Source: Balanoglossus misakiensis
Taxonomy: Eukaryota; Animalia; Hemichordata
NCBI GenBank assembly: GCA_040954595.2
Contig: CM082580.2
Location: 734,783-798,782 of the forward strand
Reading direction: 5' to 3'
Length of the DNA: 64,000 nt
Below the pieces are notes generated by a model. That model was given only the letters and a program-made list of their open reading frames with translations, was not told the origin of the DNA and did not search any database. A program made the translations under genes and the position numbers. Below, piece by piece: positions 59,409 through 64,000 of the stretch; the stretch's first letter is position 1; every line of letters starts with the position of its first letter.

Positions 59409-61753
59409 TTTTCTCACACGGTCACAAATTAGCCAAGTTCGTTAAAAACATTGAATAAATGACTCTGGAATTGTTGTCTGGGGGCACGTTGTAGTCTCTG
59501 TGCCTGTAATACACATCGCGCCATTGGATAACATTTAGTGCGCGTAGCGACAGAACACTTTGTTAACCAATCAGCACTCACGTCATATACAGCTTTCTAT
59601 TCAGTGAGATTGTGAGAACAATTTGTTCCCACACTCTGTTCTCACACTCCCAGCGTACGGGGAGTGTAAGAAAAGATAGTGTCATACCTTTCACTTTGTA
59701 CTGGCTGTGATGGGCCTTCTGTAGATTCCATAGGTTTCTCTTGTGATGATTCTCCTATCTCCTGAACATCTATCTCTGCAATTCCAGAGATGGAAGAAAC
59801 CCTGTACAAAGAAAAAAAAGACTAAAATTTGATACATGACAAACTAGGTCTGCACAAACGTTGTAGGTTCCAGTTCCCCCTAATCCCCCAACCAGTAAGC
59901 AGTGAAAAACCTATGTTTGCTGGATTAAAACCATAGACGTGAATGTCTTGGTCAACACACTGAATAAATTGTATAGGATGATTTTGGTTGTTTATTGGAG
60001 GGCAAATGTCAGGTATACTTCGCCATTGTTATGTTGATTATTGTCACCTGAGAGTTTGAGCAGAGGCTTTTCCTCATACTACAGATTGTGGCTAGAAGCA
60101 TTGAAATTATCATGTAATGTAAAAAAACAGTTCTTAAACACCTACCTGACTGATGATATTTCTGATGCAACTAATTCTTCTAAATTTTTTTCGATATCAC
60201 AAAGATGGCCATTTCCTGGCGTTGATGTCATAGGAAAAGTTTGGGTGGCTTGTCCTTGATCATCACGTTGCCTATAAATTTTAAGAAACAAATATATACT
60301 TTTAGGTATTCCCATCTATCACACAGATAACTATGTGGAATGCAACATTTCATTGTTTCATTTCTATAAATTATATTACGGACACAATTACTTTTCATGA
60401 GCCATAAAAACATGTCACCTCTTTAAAACAATATACATCATGTATACTGCAAGAGCCCCATCAAATATGAAAATCTATTGTGTACTATACAAAGCTCAAA
60501 GTATCATGATCAAAATTTATTTGGTACCTAGTTTCCATAGACGGTGCAAATACTTGCAGTGTTTCTTGGCCACTTGGAGATGATGCAGGCCTGGTAAATT
60601 CTGCATCTGTTGTTGCTGTAACTTGATGTTCATAATACCTGTCCACACAAATAATAAGACACAATGAACCTTTTTTGCCTTTACAATGGCTTGTTTACGT
60701 AGCCAATTTCTGTCTTTAGAAGGGATTACACACAGCCATAATTTGCCTCAGAGGACAGGTTACAGACACGTAAGGTGAGAATAAGATAACTACGAGAAAA
60801 TAGCCAAATTTTTCTTCAGTTCATATACAGCTCAAGAAATGTACACAACTGGCTATAACAAAACGGAAGTTGTAGCAGAACAAAGAACAACCAAATTCCG
60901 CTAAAAGCATATTGTCTCGTATGTTCGATAACAGTAATACATGTAGATTGTCCGGAGGAAAAAAAAGAAAAAAAAAAAAAATTGCAGTACCGTACAATTT
61001 ATCTCGCATAGTCATACATTGATAGAAACGGTCCAGCGTACTACATACAACTGCTGGTCGAGGGCGAGGTATGCGCTGGGCAAAATCACTAAGTGAAATA
61101 CGACTTGAAACAGCACATTTAGAATTACATTGAGATGATGCTCGCAGTGATTCTGTGAGACACAGATTCTAAATTCATGTACACAATTCATGCCGTATCT
61201 TTGGCTATGGAGTACGTACACAGTGAATGCACGAATATGTACTTACCGGTCGATCAGTACCTTTGCGACCTGGCGGTTCGTTTCCAATACCAAGGAGCGT
61301 TTGATTTCATTCCAACGATGAATTTCCGAGAAAATGTTTATCTGACCTACTTGTTTCAGCAATTGTTTACGTTTTTTTGCCGAAGCAGTGGTTTGTGGGC
61401 GGCCACGAGCACGTTTACGTTTACCACTGCTACTGGGAACAGACGCCAAAGCATCCGCCATGACTGTCGCTACAGCTATAATTATATGTATGACGTTTCA
61501 TTTTGTGTATATACCCTTGCACATGCGCACATTGGTAATGATCGAAGCCCGGCCCGCGTCCGCGCTCGAATAAATGGTAAAGAACGATTATTCATTTTGG
61601 TGATTTTTTTACTCTCGTGTCTACAAGCGGGATGGAACTTGTGTGTGGTCGAACGTTGATTCACTATATATCAACATTTAAAATAACATACACAGTGTCT
61701 TGAATGAATCAAAAGTAATGGAAAAAAGGCAAAAAGAGAGAGACTTTGTCCCT

Positions 61754-64000
61754 TTAAGTCAAAGGCTGATATTTCTCACTGTGTGTGACCAGGGTATCAT
61801 TTTAAACACAGACTGGACTTTGACTACTGTGTCCAATGGAAAAAATACATCAGCATCTATGTCTGCAAAAAGGTGTCAAAACTGACATATCTTATCATGT
61901 ATGTCATCAAACTCAAAGGATAATATCTTCATTTCATGTGACCTGCCTGGTTAAAGTTTACCGCCAACATTTCACCATGCTTTACCCACCCATGGCACAG
62001 TGTGTCAAATCCAATATTTGGTTCGATGAATGAACCATGAAAGTTTCCGAATTGGTACTACCCGAAAACTGCATGGCAAGCTAAATTTGGAATTTGGATG
62101 GGGTGGGGAGGTAAAGCTAACCTAACGTACAGTCGTTTAGATTTAACATTATGCCTGTGAGTTACATGTTAATATTTTCTGCATGTCTGTCGCGTACAAT
62201 GCGTCGGTGCGGAAAAATGATCACAGGTACTATTCAGAAGAATTCCGCTGAATCATGGTGACGATGTGCATGGAAAAATCCTGATTATGATCTAACTGAT
62301 AAACAATAGCATGATATTAATAAAATATACACATTAACCAATGAATGAACCATCGTGAAGATTGTGCCCCAACACTTATTTAAGCTTTTATCATTATTAT
62401 ACCTTTGTCATTACTAAATATATCAACAGCCCTGTACACCAAAGCTATCACCACATTTGTTAACCTTTATTACACCATTCATATGAAACCCTTCACCATC
62501 ATCAACCTCTATTATATTCATTGTTTTGGCCCATTATAATCTGTGTACCCTCAATTTTACCACAAACCATCACCACATTAGTTAACTGTTTATTAAACAC
62601 TTCCACATGTGTTGCCCATTATTATACCATTGAAATTTATAAATCGATCATCATACCTATCATACAAGCAATTGCTGATTGCTGTTAACCCTTGTGTACC
62701 ACAAGCCATTATCATGAAATAGGCAACATGAATTTCACATAACACAGTTTGTCAGCTCTGAGAATATTGTTCTCAGGACCATGTCCCACGCTTAATAAAA
62801 GTGTTGTGTATGTGGTACAGTTTAGATTCCTTGTCAGATTTCCCATAACACAGTTCGTGAGCCCCGAAAAGTACCATAACACAATTCTCATGAACATTTC
62901 CCATGATCAATAAAAGTGTTGTGTGTAGCATAGTCATTTTTCCGTTTGCTGTGACATTTGTCTCCGTGTGAGAGTTTAAGTAAATGTGGAAACACGCAAA
63001 TTAGGCAACATCAATATCCCGTACAGAATTCAGTGTGTTTTGTTCGCATTTTTGGTTGCCATTTTGAAAATGAACAAAGGACTTTCCATTGACCAACACC
63101 CGTATGAATACGTCCAAATTACCCAACTTTAATATTCCTTAAATAATTGGTCAGCTGTGCAAATATTTTTCACCTGACCACTTCCTTTGCTAAGCAAGAG
63201 TGTTTTTTATGTAATAATATTAATATAATATTTATAACGTATGTAGCACATTAAATCTCAATGTGCTTTAAAGTTGTCCCATGGTCATTTGATTTAGGTC
63301 GTTGGACATAAATATTCCATTCAACTCCCTGGGGAGCAAACAACATCTCACCATCTTTAGAAATGTCAAATTACAGTGCTTTTGGCCACGTATTAACCTG
63401 GGGATTTACAGTTAACTTTAAATACACATGCATATGCATTTAATCCCCATGTGACTATAAAACAGTTTGTAAATGTGAATATGTCCACATTACACAACTT
63501 GAATTTTACTTAAAGGGACAAAGTGTCTCTCTCGCTGCCCTTTTTACCATTAATTATGTTTGATACAAGACATCGTTTATGTTGGCTGTATAGTGAATCA
63601 ATGTTCGACCAAACACAACTTCCACCCCACTTGTACACACAAGAATGAAAAAACTCGCCAAAATGAATAATCGGTGTTTACCATTTATTCATTTTTGCGA
63701 GATTTTTACTCTCAGATTCTACAAACGGGATGAAAGTTGTTGGTTGAATGTTGATTCACTATATAGCCACATGTAGAATAACATAAATGGGTTCATGTAT
63801 CAAACTTAATTGAACAATGGTGGCGAAAGAGAGACTTTGCCCCTTTAAACAATTGGTCAGCTCTGCGAATATAGTTCACCTGACCACTTCCTTTGCTAAG
63901 TAAGAGTGTTGTTTATGTAATGATATCAATATAATATTTATTACTTATATAGCACATTACACAATAAATCTCAATGTGCTGCTTCAAAGTGTTTCCCATG
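61754..64000 (+). repeat. Segmental duplication C copy 2 running into block B
   Basis: Colinear with 47655-49520 and then with 44892-45960. Confidence 0.9.
63513..63844. mobile_element. Kolobok/T2-type palindromic MITE
   Basis: TTAA|AGGGACAAAG...CTTTGCCCCT|TTAA; same family as 45422-45763. Confidence 0.88.

Larger units (their letters stand above)
50318..61461 (-). pseudogene. Multi-exon Kolobok-type DDE transposase (truncated; one homopolymer frameshift near 57970)
   Basis: GT-AG exons: 61247-61461, ~60528-60638, ~60148-60271, ~59688-59801, ~58762-58816 (not phase-checked), ~58387-58485, 57849-58148, 57282-57564, 56757-56993, 55710-55786, 50318-50422. Motifs WCSQP, GDGRMDSPGFCAQYCTY, SxNMEK, VVTDAH, HSHDIWHAAKN, IVNHFWYCC. 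Confidence 0.82.
50060..61753 (-). mobile_element. Kolobok-type DNA transposon, 5' end intact, 3' part deleted
   Basis: Terminus TTAA|AGGGACAAAGTCTCTC at 61753; multi-exon transposase; matching empty TTAA site at 47655 in the paralogous block; no second TIR found. Left boundary approximate. Confidence 0.8.

Overview
Repeat-saturated eukaryotic DNA, probably from a marine invertebrate (spliceosomal introns, AT-rich; taxon is inference). No conventional host gene is recognisable. Left to right: (1) a Ngaro/DIRS-type tyrosine-recombinase retrotransposon (- strand, runs off the left edge); (2) a ~20-kb 78-bp satellite with higher-order repeats and a sharp orientation switch at 19337/19338; (3) a non-autonomous Academ-like element inserted in the satellite with a 3-bp TSD; (4) a MITE-rich spacer; (5) a degenerate Gmr1-type Gypsy element (PR-IN-RT order); (6) inserted in that Gypsy, a 5.5-kb CAC-ended DNA transposon encoding a spliced RAG1/Transib-like DDE transposase plus a convergent, intact 216-aa gene I cannot assign, with bipartite RSS-like ends and a 3-bp TSD (best candidate for a novel system); (7) local segmental duplications and a tRNA-derived SINE; (8) a multi-exon Kolobok-type transposase gene, truncated at its 3' end, carrying a young Mag-type Gypsy and MITEs in its introns, with MITEs matching its terminus nearby. 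All family assignments come from reading motifs by eye; no database search was possible.
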